Shown: piece by piece, positions 1-12,380 of the stretch | Layout: the number at the start of each line of letters is the position of its first letter | How positions within the stretch are numbered: the first letter of the stretch is position 1 | Source of the DNA: Yuukianura sp. NJ FZ-2021 | Taxonomy: Eukaryota | DNA: 64,000 bases | Reading direction: 5' to 3' | Assembly: GCA_046563655.1 (NCBI GenBank) | Contig: CM102283.1 | Coordinates: 3,720,001 to 3,784,000 of the forward strand | Made by a program: the position numbers and the translations under genes | The notes under the pieces: model-generated | Database searches by the model: none | What the model saw: only the letters and a program-made list of their open reading frames with translations | What the model was told of the DNA's origin: nothing

Positions 1-1660
1 TTGACCTTGTAGAAAATGCGCGGCAGGTCACAGTAGGTCACGTTTGGAGTTGCTTGGTATGGGTAAATAGTGCACCGTTTCTCAGCATCATGCAACCCAT
101 AGAAACGTAGCAAACGAAAATAGGGGTCCATTTTTTCAGAATTTCGACGTTCTGTTCAAAAGAAAAATTTAAAATTTTTAAATTTTTAAAACTCAAACGG
201 TTTTTGAACGTTTTGTACCGATGTCCATGCAGGCTTTATGGAAAGTCGAAATGAGTCGGTCATTCTGTCGCAACATTTTTCCTAAAAAGTCCAAAAACGA
301 TCCAAAGTTAAAAATTCAGGAATTTTTCACAGGTTGAAATTCAAGTTGAAAGTTAAAACTCAAGTTGAAAAGTTGAAATTGAAGCTTTGTGTACCGATGG
401 TTTGACTGCTTGAGAAATCGTAGTAAATGTGTCCCGCTGTGACGAGTGCCCAGTCGTCGTCGGGGTCATTCCCCTTTTGAGCCATTGAACTTTCCCATTG
501 TTTTCCGCAAGTGAAGAGGAAGAAGTCGTTACAGGGGTCAATGACCTCGTTCATTTTGGCCAAAAGGTCAGAGGCCACCACTTTACACGCAGCAGAGTCA
601 CAGAGATACGCATTCTGCTGCGGCGCAGGCGTCAGAAGCCATCCGACTCCAGCCACAAAGTGCGCAGTCGCAAACACCACCAGCATGAAAAGTAGCAGCA
701 CAATCCGCTTGTGCCCAGGCGTAGACTGCTTTACCCACCACCTTCAAATTCAAAGTTAAAACCAGGATAAAACGTCGGTCAAAACAGAAAGTCAAAGTTA
801 AAACTTTGGTGAAAGCAAAAAGTCATAGTTAAAACGTCGCTGGAAACAAAAGGTCAAAGTGAAAAATTCAGTTAAAACAAAAGGTCAAGGGGGAACTTTT
901 AGATAAAAACAAAAAGGCGCCGTTTATATTTCATTTAAAACAAAAAGTCGCCGTTTATATTTCATTTAAAACAAAAAGTCACCGTTAAAACTAATGTTAA
1001 AACAAAAAGTCACAGTTAAAACTTCAGTTAAAACAAAAAGTCAAGGGGGAAATTTCAGATAAAAACAAAAAGTCGCCGTTTATATTTCATTTAAAACAAA
1101 AAGTGACCGTTTAAAACTAATGTTAAAACAAAAAGTGAAAGTTAAAACCCACTTTTCCAGAGTGTCTTCATCCAGATCCGTCCTTCGTGAAATGTCCAGT
1201 TCGCTTGTGATTTCCTCTGACCTTTTGACCACACTATCGTGGGTGATTGACATGCTGTCGCTGTCGGAGGAGTCCTCTGCCCAATCAAATGAGCCAATGA
1301 TCATGCCACTGCTGGGACTTGCGAGTTGGGCGACATTGGCTTCTGAGTCGCTGTTTCTCGGTGAGTGGTGTCTGTGGTGATGTCGCTTCGGCACCGCCGT
1401 GCTTTTCCGTCGATGGAACACTTCGTTCAGAGCTCGTTTCCATTGCGGCACTTTTGCAATTCTGTCCGACTTGTCCGTCGAAGATGAGCGTTTCTACACA
1501 AATCCTTCTTGAGTTAAAACTTTTTTGAGTTAAAAGTTAAAACTTGTGAGTTAAATGTTAAAAGTTTTTTTTACTATTTCTGGGCGTGACTCTTTTCTCG
1601 GACTCGGACTTGTTTTTGCAACCCAAGCGGCCACATCTTCTACTGAACGGCTTTCTGCCT
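1..1660 (-). CDS. M13 family (neprilysin/ECE-like) metallopeptidase, 5' exons; gene continues past the window start, start codon not fixed
   Basis: Spliced exons at about 1577-1660, 1153-1494, 395-741, 219-282 and <135. They give a Ser-rich cytoplasmic tail, one TM helix (IVLLLFMLVVFATAHFVAGVGWLL), CDSAAC...KMNEVIDPCNDFFLFTCGKQW and FHKACMD, matching the Peptidase_M13_N Cys pattern. A further small exon is possible near 2173-2191. Confidence 0.85.
745..1150. repeat. Intronic ~31-bp tandem repeat (AAAACAAAAAGTC..GTTAAAAC)
   Basis: About a dozen degenerate units are visible, filling the intron of the M13 gene. Confidence 0.8.
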
Positions 1661-2819
1661 TAGGCAATGAAAATATAACACGATTAGCGGCTGCCTTCAT
1701 TTTGGAAATTCAAAAAAAAATGTTTTGAAAACTGAATTTTTTTTTATAATCCTAGGAATTTCGATTGTTGTTGTTTAAAACTTGAAATTTGAAAAGAACA
1801 AAACATTTGTTGTCATGTTTAGGTTCGATTTATTTTGATTTTGGGAAAATCACACATACACTTTTTGCAAGAAATTTTAATACATTGCCCATAACCTAAA
1901 TTACGACAATTCTTGCAGCATCTATGAATAGTCCAGCATATTTGTCGTTTTTCAATTTTGAATCCCTGTTTTTCCAAAACATCTGTCAGTTTTTCGGATT
2001 TCAAAGTCAAATTTTGATTCTGGTGTGCTGAAATTGGAGAACGGAAAACAAGGGGTTTGCCACACTCTGATTTCGAAGCAAAAACAGCAACACTTTCCTT
2101 AAAAACAAACAAGGATTACAAAATGTTAAAAATTTTCTACCAAAAGTTAAAAGATTAATATGTTTTCACTCACCGAAACTGGAGATGGTTCACTAAAAAT
2201 TAAGAGCGTTGCAAAAATTTTCAAAAATATGAAATTCAAAAATGCCATTTAAAAACTTGAACAAGAAAGTGAAAAAGTATTGCTACGACTGTGAAAGTTT
2301 TCATCGATTCTATTGCCAAAAAAAATTGAAATTTTTTTTTCAAATTTTTTTTATGTATTGTTCTTCAGTGTTGTCGATTGACTAAAGACTTTGCCTTTTC
2401 TATTGAACGAGTATTTATGTGAACTGACAAAACCACCATCACCATCAGCAGAAAAGTCATAAAAGGAAGTTTGACCTTTGACCTCCGGAGAACAAAGGTT
2501 TAATTAGGAACAATTTCACATCATCCATAAATCACTTACACTCCCTCAACACCTTTTGTATTACGAAATAGTGTGATGCAACGAATTGGAGTTCATAATT
2601 TTTTCAAAAGAGATGTTTTAAAACAATACTGCCAGTACAAGGACAAGTACTGGCAGTATTTCACTATTAAAATATTCCAATTCTGGATATACAGGAAATT
2701 TTTGTTTACATTTTTAGACTACGGTGTTTTGAAGTCCATTTTTATTTTGTTTTTAATTTTTCACAATTTTAAGATTAGGATGGACAGATTCACTTATACG
2801 CGATTTCACATAAGACTTT

Positions 2820-3086
2820 TGGTGCATTTATTTCCTGATTGGTTAGTCGCTCAAAAAACTACGACCACACTTTTCGCATTAGCATACGCTGCTCCACATC
2901 CCGAGAGTTTGCTATCGGACCAAAACAGCACCCTTCCTCCAGAAAACATAGGTTTTCTGGAAGACGTTTCAGAAATCCTCGGATTTCTGCCTTCTTTTGC
3001 TTCGTACGGCAAAACAGCGAATTCTACTGCGAAAAGTGTGGTCGTAATTTTTTGAGCGACTAACCAATCAGGAAATAAATGCACCA
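2820..3086. mobile_element. MITE / non-autonomous DNA transposon with ~60-bp TIRs
   Basis: TGGTGCATTTATTTCCTGATTGGTTAGTCGCTCAAAAAACTACGACCACACTTTTCGCA at 2820 has a near-perfect reverse complement ending at 3086. No TSD resolved. Confidence 0.75.
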
Positions 3087-3157
3087 CAAGATTGGGTCAG
3101 AGTTCACAAATTTCTTGTTTACAATTTACAATTTCGTATTACGTCACTAAGAGTTGG

Positions 3158-3363
3158 GGCAACCTGAGAATTGAGGGTAAGAAATGTCTCACCCACTTCG
3201 CCATGCCTATTTAGAGAAACAGCGAATGGTTCTCAAATTTGAAATTTTACGCAGTGATTCGCGAGTTAGCATGAGTTGTACAAAATTTCAATCGTAAAGA
3301 ATCCACCCGTCCGGGTTTTGCATGATTACGTAATGTGGGATTTCTCAATTCTCAGTCGTTGCC
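3158..3363. mobile_element. Possible degenerate MITE with short imperfect TIRs
   Basis: GGCAACCTGAGAATTGAG versus CTCAATTCTCAGTCGTTGCC. No TSD resolved. Confidence 0.35.
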
Positions 3364-3683
3364 ATGTCTACAAAACGTTATTTGGGGTTATTTTTATTGA
3401 CCTGCTGTCTCTCCTTAAGTGCAATTTAGTGACTAACTTTGGCTAAAGTGGTTATTTGTCCATTTGCTTTTTAGGCACAAGTGATTTAGTTTAAATCTCA
3501 CTTGATTTCATCAATTTCAACTTAAAAGTATTTTCACGAAAAAGTATTGTCACCAATTTCCAAAATTTGTTACAATCAATCACAATTTTCAAACTCACAA
3601 AAGTTAATTTAAAATCACGTTAAGCCCTTGTCACACTTTTCTTGCTAAAAATTCCTATAATTTGTCAAGTACTGCGCATGTGA

Positions 3684-4796
3684 CTACACGTAGTATCTCT
3701 TTTCATGTCTGTTTCCTTGGTACAGGTACGCCAGAATAATCCAGAGAAAGTACAGCGTGAGGAGCAAGTTGACGCCCAGCACTGGAAACAAAACGCCCCC
3801 TGACGGAGTCATGTGAACCAAATTCACTGGATTCTCCTGCAGAAGCAGCGCCAACAAACAAGTTGCCAGAGAAAAAATTACTCCGCCAGTCACAGCTATC
3901 CAGATCTTGATTACCGTCTTGTTTCCCTAAAGTAAACAAAATTTTATGCAAAGGGACGTTCAGGGGTCATTTGATTTAAGAGACAAAGGTCATAGGGCAT
4001 CCAGAGTGTAAGAAAAATAAGGAACCGAGTGGGATTCGAACCCACGTCTCTTCAATCCAGGAAGCACTCTAACCATTGGGCTATCAGGCCCCAAGTTACA
4101 AACTCTATGCAATTCTCATCCTGTGGCTAGTGGAACTGTTCCCAAAGGTACCATAGGTCATTGACCTTTGAGTTTGACCTTTGACCTTGGACCTTCTGAC
4201 CTTATCTAGAGTCCAGAGGAGTACCACTGCTGAGCACAGTTGTAGAATTCCCCCGAAGAGTCCGTTGAGTCCGCAAATGTAAGAGACTCTCTCCATTTCA
4301 GAGTAGTCGGGAAGACTCGGGAGTTCGAGATTCTCCCGAATGGATTTCTCCTTCATCATCATGCGTTCCACTCCTTCGTTGTCGCTGAACGCCAATTGGA
4401 GTTTGAGCATGTGCTCAAACTTCTTGGCCGAGGAGGTGGACATGTTGCGACGCATGTTGGCCCAGTCAGTGTCAATTCTTCTTTTCCAGTCGTTGTACTC
4501 AGTGCGCAGGATTTTGTACAGAGGAAGGAGAGATGCGTTGTGGATCCGGTTGGCAGAGTGGATCATCATACCCTGCGTTATGATCACACCAATCGCCAAA
4601 ACCTACGTCAAACGTCAAAGTTTTTCATAAAAGTCAAAGTTTTTGCTGTATTTCATACACCAAGTCAAACTTTATGCAGTGTATCATAGGTCAAAGGTCA
4701 AAGTTTAGTATTTTGACTTACGATTGACACCGTTGCGGATACTTTTGCACAAGTATGAAGCGGAATGCAGCAAGGATCTGGAACACTAGAAAGCAT
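3684..4796 (-). CDS. Small multi-pass (about 4-TM) membrane protein, LAPTM/DUF4728-like, paralog 1
   Basis: Three exons 4796(or 4832)-4722, 4602-4201 and 3926-3684, all phase 0 with GT-AG. N-terminal CC motif, hydrophobic segments and a long first loop. The family name is inferred from architecture only. Confidence 0.75.
4021..4091 (-). ncRNA. tRNA-like Pol III-type unit (pseudo-tRNA or SINE head) in intron 2 of paralog 1
   Basis: GGCCTGATAGCCCAATGGTTAGAGTGCTTCCTGGATTGAAGAGACGTGGGTTCGAATCCCACTCGGTTCC: A box, B box, 5-bp T stem, 4-bp anticodon stem, followed by a T run. Confidence 0.75.
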
Positions 4797-5311
4797 TTTT
4801 AAGCAACACGAACTACTCCGTTCCTCAAACATTAACTTTACTTTAAAATTCACTTTTTCAACTACTAAAAAGTTAAAAAAAAGTTTTTCAAAAAAAATCT
4901 GTGTAGAAATCGACTGAAAGTGAGAATGTGGTTGTGCTTCTTGCAGGATCTGTACTTTCACCAGCAGCTTTCTCTCTCCAGCATCACTCGACCAAACTTT
5001 TGTGCTGGTATAGAGTCATATCCACCCACTGCGCTGCGCAGTCGCTTTCAAGGTCACGCAGACCCAGATTTTTCAAAAAAAAATGTAGAGAAAAAAGCTT
5101 TTGCCCTAATTTCGACACCATTTCAGCAAATTGCATCCGTTACACTCAAAATGAAAATCAGAAAAATCAAAATGAAAGGTCAAAGGTCACTTCTCGCAGT
5201 TTGAATTTATTTTGGAGTCTGTTTTATTCAAAATAGACTTATTTTTGATTTTGAAGGGTTAATTATAGTTATAAATCGTAAAGTAATTATAAATTATATT
5301 AATTATACGTT

Positions 5312-6611
5312 TTAGTTGAGTGTTGCTACAACTAGGAGAGCATAAAAGCAGAATAAAGTGTGGCTGATGACAAAGGGAATGACAAGAGTTTGTTCTGCTG
5401 CATGCTGTGGAAGTGTTGAGTCTAAACGAAGCAGCAGAAATATTGACGTCAGGAGACACAAAATGACACCCAGAGTGACACTCATCCAGAACTGAGTCCA
5501 CGCTTTGTGTTCCTTAATTACAAATTACTTATTATAATTATATGATTAGAAATTATAATAATTATGTTGTGATAGAAGAAGTTGCAGTTTTTAGAAAACT
5601 TTTTATGTGAACTACCTTATGTAGAGTGCATAGTAGAATGACTGAAGCCATCAACTGAAACAAGGATCCACTTAATGTTAAACCTCCAGTCACAAAAAGG
5701 GCGGATCCAACTGAAGACAGTTTTGATCCAATTTCTTCATTTTGGAAATTTTCATTTTGATTTTGAATAGCGAAAACTTGAGATTTGAGCAGCATCGATT
5801 TTTTCAGAATCGAGATTGAGCAACTTCCGAGCACCAGAGTCATTACCTGAAACAAAAAGTTAAAATTCGGGAAACTTTTTCCATTTAACAAAAAACTGAC
5901 ATGGTACACATGCGTGCTGGGGGGTCGGCCAAATCGTGACTTTTGTTTCCAAAAGTCCTACTGTAGAAAGTTAGAAGGTGTGATGTTGTTTTTAAAAAAT
6001 AATATTTTGGAATTTTGTAACTTTCAATAAAAAAGGAAAATGCACTTTAGTGAATTTGTTAGCCTAATCCTGACTTTTTCCAAAAGTCCTTCTGTAGAAA
6101 GTTACAAGGTGTGGTGATGTTTTAAAAAACAGTATTTTCGAATTTTCTAAATTTGTCATATATTAGGAAAATACACTTAGTAATTTTTAGCCCAAAATCG
6201 TGCTTTTAAACTAAAAAATTTGAGAGTAAAGAAATCAACTAGTAAATTACTATAGTTGGGGCAACCAAAATAGACCCAAGTTTTTCTAGAGGATACTCGC
6301 ACTCACGCCCTTCTCCAGCTGGCACCCGCTTCTCCACTCAACTCCAAAATGAACCTCCCATCTAAGAAGAGACTGCCACAAGCTTTACAGAGGTGTGAGT
6401 GCGAGTATCCTCTACAAAAACTTGGGTCTATTTTGGTTGCCCCAACTATAGTAGTAACTACGCAATTGCGGAATTACGTCATTAGTAAATGAATGAATTG
6501 TTGTTATAAACTTACAATCGAAATGTGCAAAATGACTTGAATTCCGGATTTTTGACGCAGAGCACACAAATCTGTCCTTTCTCTCCCATCCTCGTTTGTT
6601 GTCGCGTCCAT
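5312..6611 (-). CDS. Small multi-pass membrane protein, paralog 2
   Basis: Exons 6611-6516, 5846-5616 and 5512-5312 have the same phase-0 junction positions as the other paralogs (..HISI|VMTL..; ..LLCTLHK|EHKAWTQFW..). About 175 aa. Confidence 0.7.
6250..6451. mobile_element. MITE with ~60-bp TIRs and TA flanks (Tc1/mariner-type), in intron 1 of paralog 2
   Basis: CTATAGTTGGGGCAACCAAAATAGACCCAAGTTTTT.TAGAGGATACTCGCACTCAC and its reverse complement; TA at 6248-6249 and 6452-6453. Confidence 0.8.
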
Positions 6612-7817
6612 TTATGAATGAAAAATTGTATTATTCTATAATTCATAATATATATGTTTTATACAGTTTGGTATAATTTTTAAGTAACTTTATGTGTAGA
6701 TATTATGTTTTTGATCTTACGTGTGTACCAAACCGTGACTTATTTTTCAAAGCAAAAATGTTTGCCAAAAACCTAGAAAAATTTACGTGTTTAAAAATAA
6801 CACAATCCGCATAGTTTTCACTCCAACTTTCATCATTTTTGGGATTCGACAGGTTGGAAAATGTGCTTCCGCCTTTCTAAAAATGTTACGCCTGAATTCC
6901 TCAACAAAAAATTTAGAAAATTGCACACGCCTTTCAACCCAACTCTTTGATGAGCAAATAAATTTATCATTTATTATTATTATTATTTATTATTTCTCGT
7001 TCTTTACATTTTTAATCTCTAATTCGCAAAGAAATCACAAAGGAATTTTTACCCTAGAGTAGTTAAGTCTTCCAAGTTTTTAGAGTTGCTAAAAATAATT
7101 AATGTGTTTGAGCCTTTCGAGGTTAAAAGTCTCTCCGCTATTCCTTTTTACCCTAAACGTTTTTGCCAGGACTTTTCAAAAACTTGCTTTCAGCACGTTT
7201 TGGTGGGACTTTTCAAATACTTGCTTTCAGCACGTTTTGGTGGGACTTTTCAAAAATTAAAACTTTTGTCCATATGCACACACGTATTTCTCTCCATTCC
7301 CTGCGGCTGAAACTGAAACTAAAACATGTACATTTCCCCTCATTTCAAATTCAACCGCCACTCTAGAAATTTAAATTCAGGTCATCGCACAGGGGAATTA
7401 CTACAGTATGCTACAAATTCAAAAATTCGCACTGAAATTTTTCAAATACGTCCAACCTTTTTAACCTACGGCTCATGAAATCGAGCTCACACGGACAAAA
7501 TGTCAACTTGACAAATCTCAAATTAAGGTCAACAGTCATATCATACTTCAAATTTCACCAAAAAAAATTACCTAAACAGTTTTTTCTCCATAATTTTTTG
7601 CCTAAACAAAAAGAATTTCTAAAATTAGTTTACTGACATGAGCGGAAGAACTATATTTTCTTCTGCTAAATTGCAAAGACCAGCTTCACAAAACCTAAGT
7701 TTAACATTTCACCGTATGACCGTATGAGCAATAAATCTAAGCTACACTTTTTAGTAACCATGAGCAGAAATTCAAACTTTGGAAGTACTTTTTTAGCAGC
7801 ACATGCTTCGAAGTATT

Positions 7818-8913
7818 TCAGGCGCCGCCGCTTGTGCTTGGCATGTCAATTTCGTCCTTGACAAAGACGATGATGACCCAGAGGAAGTAGAGGAGGAGGA
7901 GGAAGTCCACTGCTGCCAGACTCAGGAAAACCTCCATCGTGAGGGAGTGGATGACCTCGGGATGCTTCTGCGACGCCGCAAGCACCACCGCAGTCACCAC
8001 AATCACCAGGCTAAACGTCATCCCACACCACACTTTCGCAGGAGTCTTCGTCTCCTGAAACACAAACGTCAACTGAGCTCAATGTCACGGTCAGGGGTCA
8101 CAGGGGTTGAGACATAAACAACGACAGTGTAAAAAAAATAATGGACCCAGTGGGATTCGAACCCACTTCTGTTCTAGCCAGGAAGCACTTTAACCGTTGA
8201 GCCATCAGCTCCCAGTTTACAAACTCTCCAAAGATGGAGCAATTGGAAGGCAATCCTCATCATAAACGCCACAACGGGTCACATGGCTTGTGAGACAAAG
8301 AACGAGATGTAAAAAAAATAAGGAGGGAGCAGGATTTGAACCCAAGTCTCCTCTATTCAGGGAAGCACTCTAACCCTTGAGCTATTAGGCTCCAGTGAAT
8401 AAACTCTCGACTGGGTCAAGAAGGCATGTGACTCACCTTCTCTGCTGACTTGAGGAGGAAGAAAGAAGCTAAAAAGCGAATGGATCCGCCGGTTATGCTT
8501 GTGATGGAGCAGATGAGAAGAATGTTCGTGTGTATTTCTGAGTTGACCTCGGTGACCTCTTCGTCAGTGGACTTTGGAGGGACTTTGACAGGGGTCATCG
8601 TGGTCACGAGTGGATCATCACCAACCATGAGGGCGGAGAAAGCAAACCAACAACCCATCACAAGGTAACTAGCAGACAGAGCCTGGAAAGGAAACCAAAA
8701 TTCGGAAAATTTTGAAAACCAGAGTAAAAATTTTCAAATTCAATGAATTTGACTCACCATTGACACAGTAGCGACGGTTTTGATTCCGTTTTGGATTGGC
8801 ACGACACCACAACAACAGCAGCACGGATTCACTGACAAAAATGGATCAAGGAACGGGCCACGGTCACCGTGAATCGACATTCTGGTCAACTTGGAGCCTA
8901 TCTTCTCTAGCAT
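7818..8913 (-). CDS. Small multi-pass membrane protein with N-terminal CCCCC, paralog 3
   Basis: Exons 8913-8758, 8682-8437 and 8054-7818, all phase 0: MLEKIG..NPCCCCCG..ATVSM|ALSASYL..LLKSAEK|ETKTPAKVW.. Confidence 0.85.
8143..8212 (-). ncRNA. tRNA-like unit in intron 2 of paralog 3 (distal copy)
   Basis: GGAGCTGATGGCTCAACGGTTAAAGTGCTTCCTGGCTAGAACAGAAGTGGGTTCGAATCCCACTGGGTCC followed by T8. Confidence 0.7.
8322..8392 (-). ncRNA. tRNA-like unit in intron 2 of paralog 3 (proximal copy)
   Basis: GAGCCTAATAGCTCAAGGGTTAGAGTGCTTCCCTGAATAGAGGAGACTTGGGTTCAAATCCTGCTCCCTCC followed by T8. Confidence 0.65.
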
Positions 8914-11900
8914 GCTTCAAATCAACCAATCACAACACTCTCTGGTCACTGCCGACCAATCACAGCACTGCTCTGTTCACTTACAACAATTTAGCACACT
9001 TACAACAATTTTGGTTAACTTTCACTTGGAAGTGAAATTTGCCACCTAATCGATGATTGGAGAGGCAAGGAAACACCAAAAGTGACGGAAAGTGGCTGGA
9101 AATGTCGCTGGAGAGACACTGGGAGTGTCGCCAAGTGGCTGAAATGTCGCTGGAGGACACGACCATGCGAGGGACCTTGGATTTCCCGAAGGCAGAACCT
9201 CGATGCCCAAAGTTCCTCTGACGAGTGACTCCGCTGGCCCTCCGTCGCTCCTTTTTGGAGAAAGCACAACAAAAACTCTCGCTTTCCACTCAAACTCTCA
9301 CTTTCCTGCGCCAAACTGAAACAACCTTGCAAAACACTCATTCTAAACAACTAACATTTAAAATATCAGTACAACTCTCGTGGAGGGAAATTCAAAATGA
9401 AACACAACTTCCAAGGAAAAAACACTTTTGAGCACATGGGCCACTTCAAGGCCACTTTCATAAAAGTATTTTCTGGAAATCCTGTTGTAAAAAGTGTAAT
9501 TTTGTGAATGTGTGGCCATAATTTGTGTAGCCGCAGAGTGGAAGAAGCCCAGAATGCTTTCTCTTTTTTGTCTCCGCCCACTGTCTCCCAAACTCACAAT
9601 TTATTTCACCCGCCAAAATTATTAGCAAGAACTTTCACAGTCTTTCCATTTCTCGACTTGGAGGATTCACAAAAGAAAAGAGAAGTTAATCGCAGAATCT
9701 AAAGCCAAACTTACCGTTACTCCAAAGTCAAAATTTCAAAGGAAATTTGGATTTAAAAAAATAAATGCAATTATAAGAATGAAGTTCAAAATACAGATTT
9801 CAAAAGTCGGATTTTCCAAAAGATTAAACAAAATTCTTCTTCTCAACTTTTTCGGAAGACCATAATTTCTTGAAATGACAATGGAATTGGAAATAAGCAA
9901 AATTCAGGGTCATTTTGTGTAAATGACTGCAGTGACAATTTCACAGAAATTGGAAGAGTGTGACACAAATTTTGAGTTTCCACGAACAAAGTCGTTTCAA
10001 AGTTTCAAATTCTCTCGCCCTTCGATGACTCGAGTGCGTGGGCTGCAGAATTTCCGATTTCGGAAAGATTTCATTTCGTTCAGAATCCAAATTACGTCCA
10101 TTCAATTTCAACTCTGAAAGTTTGTTGGGCAGGGCAGTTTTTGTAATGGCTGTTCCTGGAAATGTGGATTCGGATTCAAGAGATTTTGAATCGGCCAGGA
10201 AATGACTCACGTAGACCACAATTTTCATCTGTCTCCACTTGGCGCCAAATTCAAACGGAAAATGAGTTGAAACGACCTAATTCAGGTCCAATGTAGCCTA
10301 AAAACGCAACCGATTTTTAAAAAAGCGCCCACTTTTAAAATTTAAGAATTGGAAGGAGAGTGAGGAAACAAAAGAAGATGAGAGCCCTTGAGACTTTGGT
10401 CAACCTCAGAAGAGGCTCCATTTTCAAAAGTGTTCCGAAGTGGGTGGGAGGTGGGGCAGGGTGGGGTGCCTTCCATTGATGCTGACCTCCTTTCTCCTGC
10501 TTGTGACCTTGCAGCTTTCTCCGGGCTTTCCCCACTCACTCCACTTTTCGCTTCTTCTCAAAATTCTTCTTTAGCAAAAATCTCTTTGGCGGCAGATTTA
10601 GCTTCTCATTTCCTCCTTTTCAATAATTCTTTAGAATGAGCGACAGCAGAGACCACCCTTACGACACTTCATCCATCACAAAATAAGTGGAAACCAAAAG
10701 AACAGATTCATTCTTCCCTTCAAAGTTCAAACTGGACACAACTGCAGTGCTGCTCAAATGAAAGTGAAAGATGAGACAGATAATCAATAAGGATCACAAA
10801 AAGAAGACATCTCAAACAAACTGGATAAAAAACTGTAAAAACGACACTTCTGGAAAAAAAAACTGAAAGATGTGGAAATGATGATCTCTTTTTGTCTAGA
10901 ATTGTCTAAAATTCCATTTACAAATGACACCAAAGCACAAGAGTGTCACCGGAGGAGTGGACAGGACTGCATACACTTCCATTTATCACTCGGACAGACA
11001 CATGAAATAAAGTGTTGGTGCAGGAGACTTGCCTGCACAGAGGTCAAGATGACCTTGTGACCCCGGGGTCAACGGAGGCACTCATTTGGGTGGCAGGGTC
11101 AAAGGTCAACTCAAACAAACGACCAAAGAGAACTCTCGTCTCAAATTGCCCCTTATCTCCCATTTTGTCATTTGGCAAAGTGCTCTCATCTTTTTAGTTC
11201 ACAAAGCGGGAACGCTGAGATGAAAAAACAAGAAAAACTCCCGGGTTTTTTCGGTTTTTTTGCTATTAAGAGCAAGGTGGTTTTTTCTGAAAAAGAAAAG
11301 AAGTGGAGAGACTTCAGCAGAAGGACAGAAAAATTCAAGGGGACTTTTGGCACTTTGAAGTGCCTGCGCAGAACGGATTTCGTTGAAGACAGTTTTTTCC
11401 TCTGGCGACTCCTTAAAAAAATTCTTTCAAGAGAAAGTGCATATTTTACATTCTGCGAAATTCTGTGCAAAAAAGTTTTTAACACTGAATGCCTGGATTA
11501 TGTATTCCCAAAAAACAAAAAAATTGAATTGTTTTTATACCAGTTTCTCACATTTTATTTCTCTTTTCAAACTTTTTTTTCAAACAGAACTTTTTCAAAA
11601 TGTATAAATCGGAAGTTTTTTGTTTCTGAAACCAACCTTCTCTTTTTTTCATAAAGTTGCAAAGTAAACTTTAAGGTCCGTGAAAATTAGTCAATAGAAT
11701 TCATGTTTGTTGTAAATTGAGTTTAGTATAACACGGACTTGTTGATTGGTTAGCAAAAAAGTAAAGTTGGCTTGAGAAATTCTGCTTTTAAATTCACAAA
11801 CAAAGATTAAGTTATGGAGGAAGGATGAAGTTAAAACCGGGGTCAACCAAACTCGATTTCTATCTTGCATTTGACCTCAATCCAAATGAGATTCCTTAAT

Positions 11901-12380
11901 TGACTTTTGACTTGTGATGTTAGTTTTGCAAAGTAAATAGAAATTGCAAGTAGAATACGGAAGAGACCTCATTTGAAACTATGGGATTTGCATGTTAACA
12001 GTTAAAAGTAAAACCGGATTTCTCTGTTTTAAATGCAGTTTTTAAATTGTAATGATTTGCACCAGAGGAAGTCTAAACAAGGTTTCCTTTTCAACTCATT
12101 ATACTGTCATTGTCATTGTTAAAACCTTCAAGGAAATTGGCATGTGCAAAAACCATGCAAAAAAGAGTGACTTAAAGTTTAAGCAGAAATATTTAGCACA
12201 GTTAGAGAAAAAGGGAAGCCTCGTTTCAGTTTCAATCAGTTTGGCTCACAAGTCCAACCGGTCAGTAGTCACATACACCACGGTCAGTAAGTTGATGAAG
12301 GTTGTGCTAAAATTTCAAAAAAAGAGGTTTTAAGAAAAAACTTTTTCAAAAGTTAGCCTAAGATTTCAAAAAGTTTAAAA

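Larger units (their letters stand above)
7670..11400. repeat. Left arm of inverted segmental duplication (partner ~20080-25720)
   Basis: Continuous reverse-complement similarity, e.g. 9090-11330 versus 22890-20140, plus the exons and intron 2 of the membrane-protein gene. Confidence 0.9.

Noticed and set aside
2573-3087. ORFs of 160 aa and 78 aa sharing VHLFPDWLVAQK on opposite strands
   Set aside because: Artefact of the MITE's inverted repeats; no protein-like features.
4021-4091. Calling the intronic units functional tRNA-Ser/Ala/Phe genes
   Set aside because: Short anticodon stems, acceptor-stem mismatches and inconsistent anticodons among copies.
8981-11654. Many 60-160 aa ORFs mirrored in 20019-22930
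   Set aside because: Similarity comes from the duplication; indels shift frames between arms, so coding constraint is not evident.
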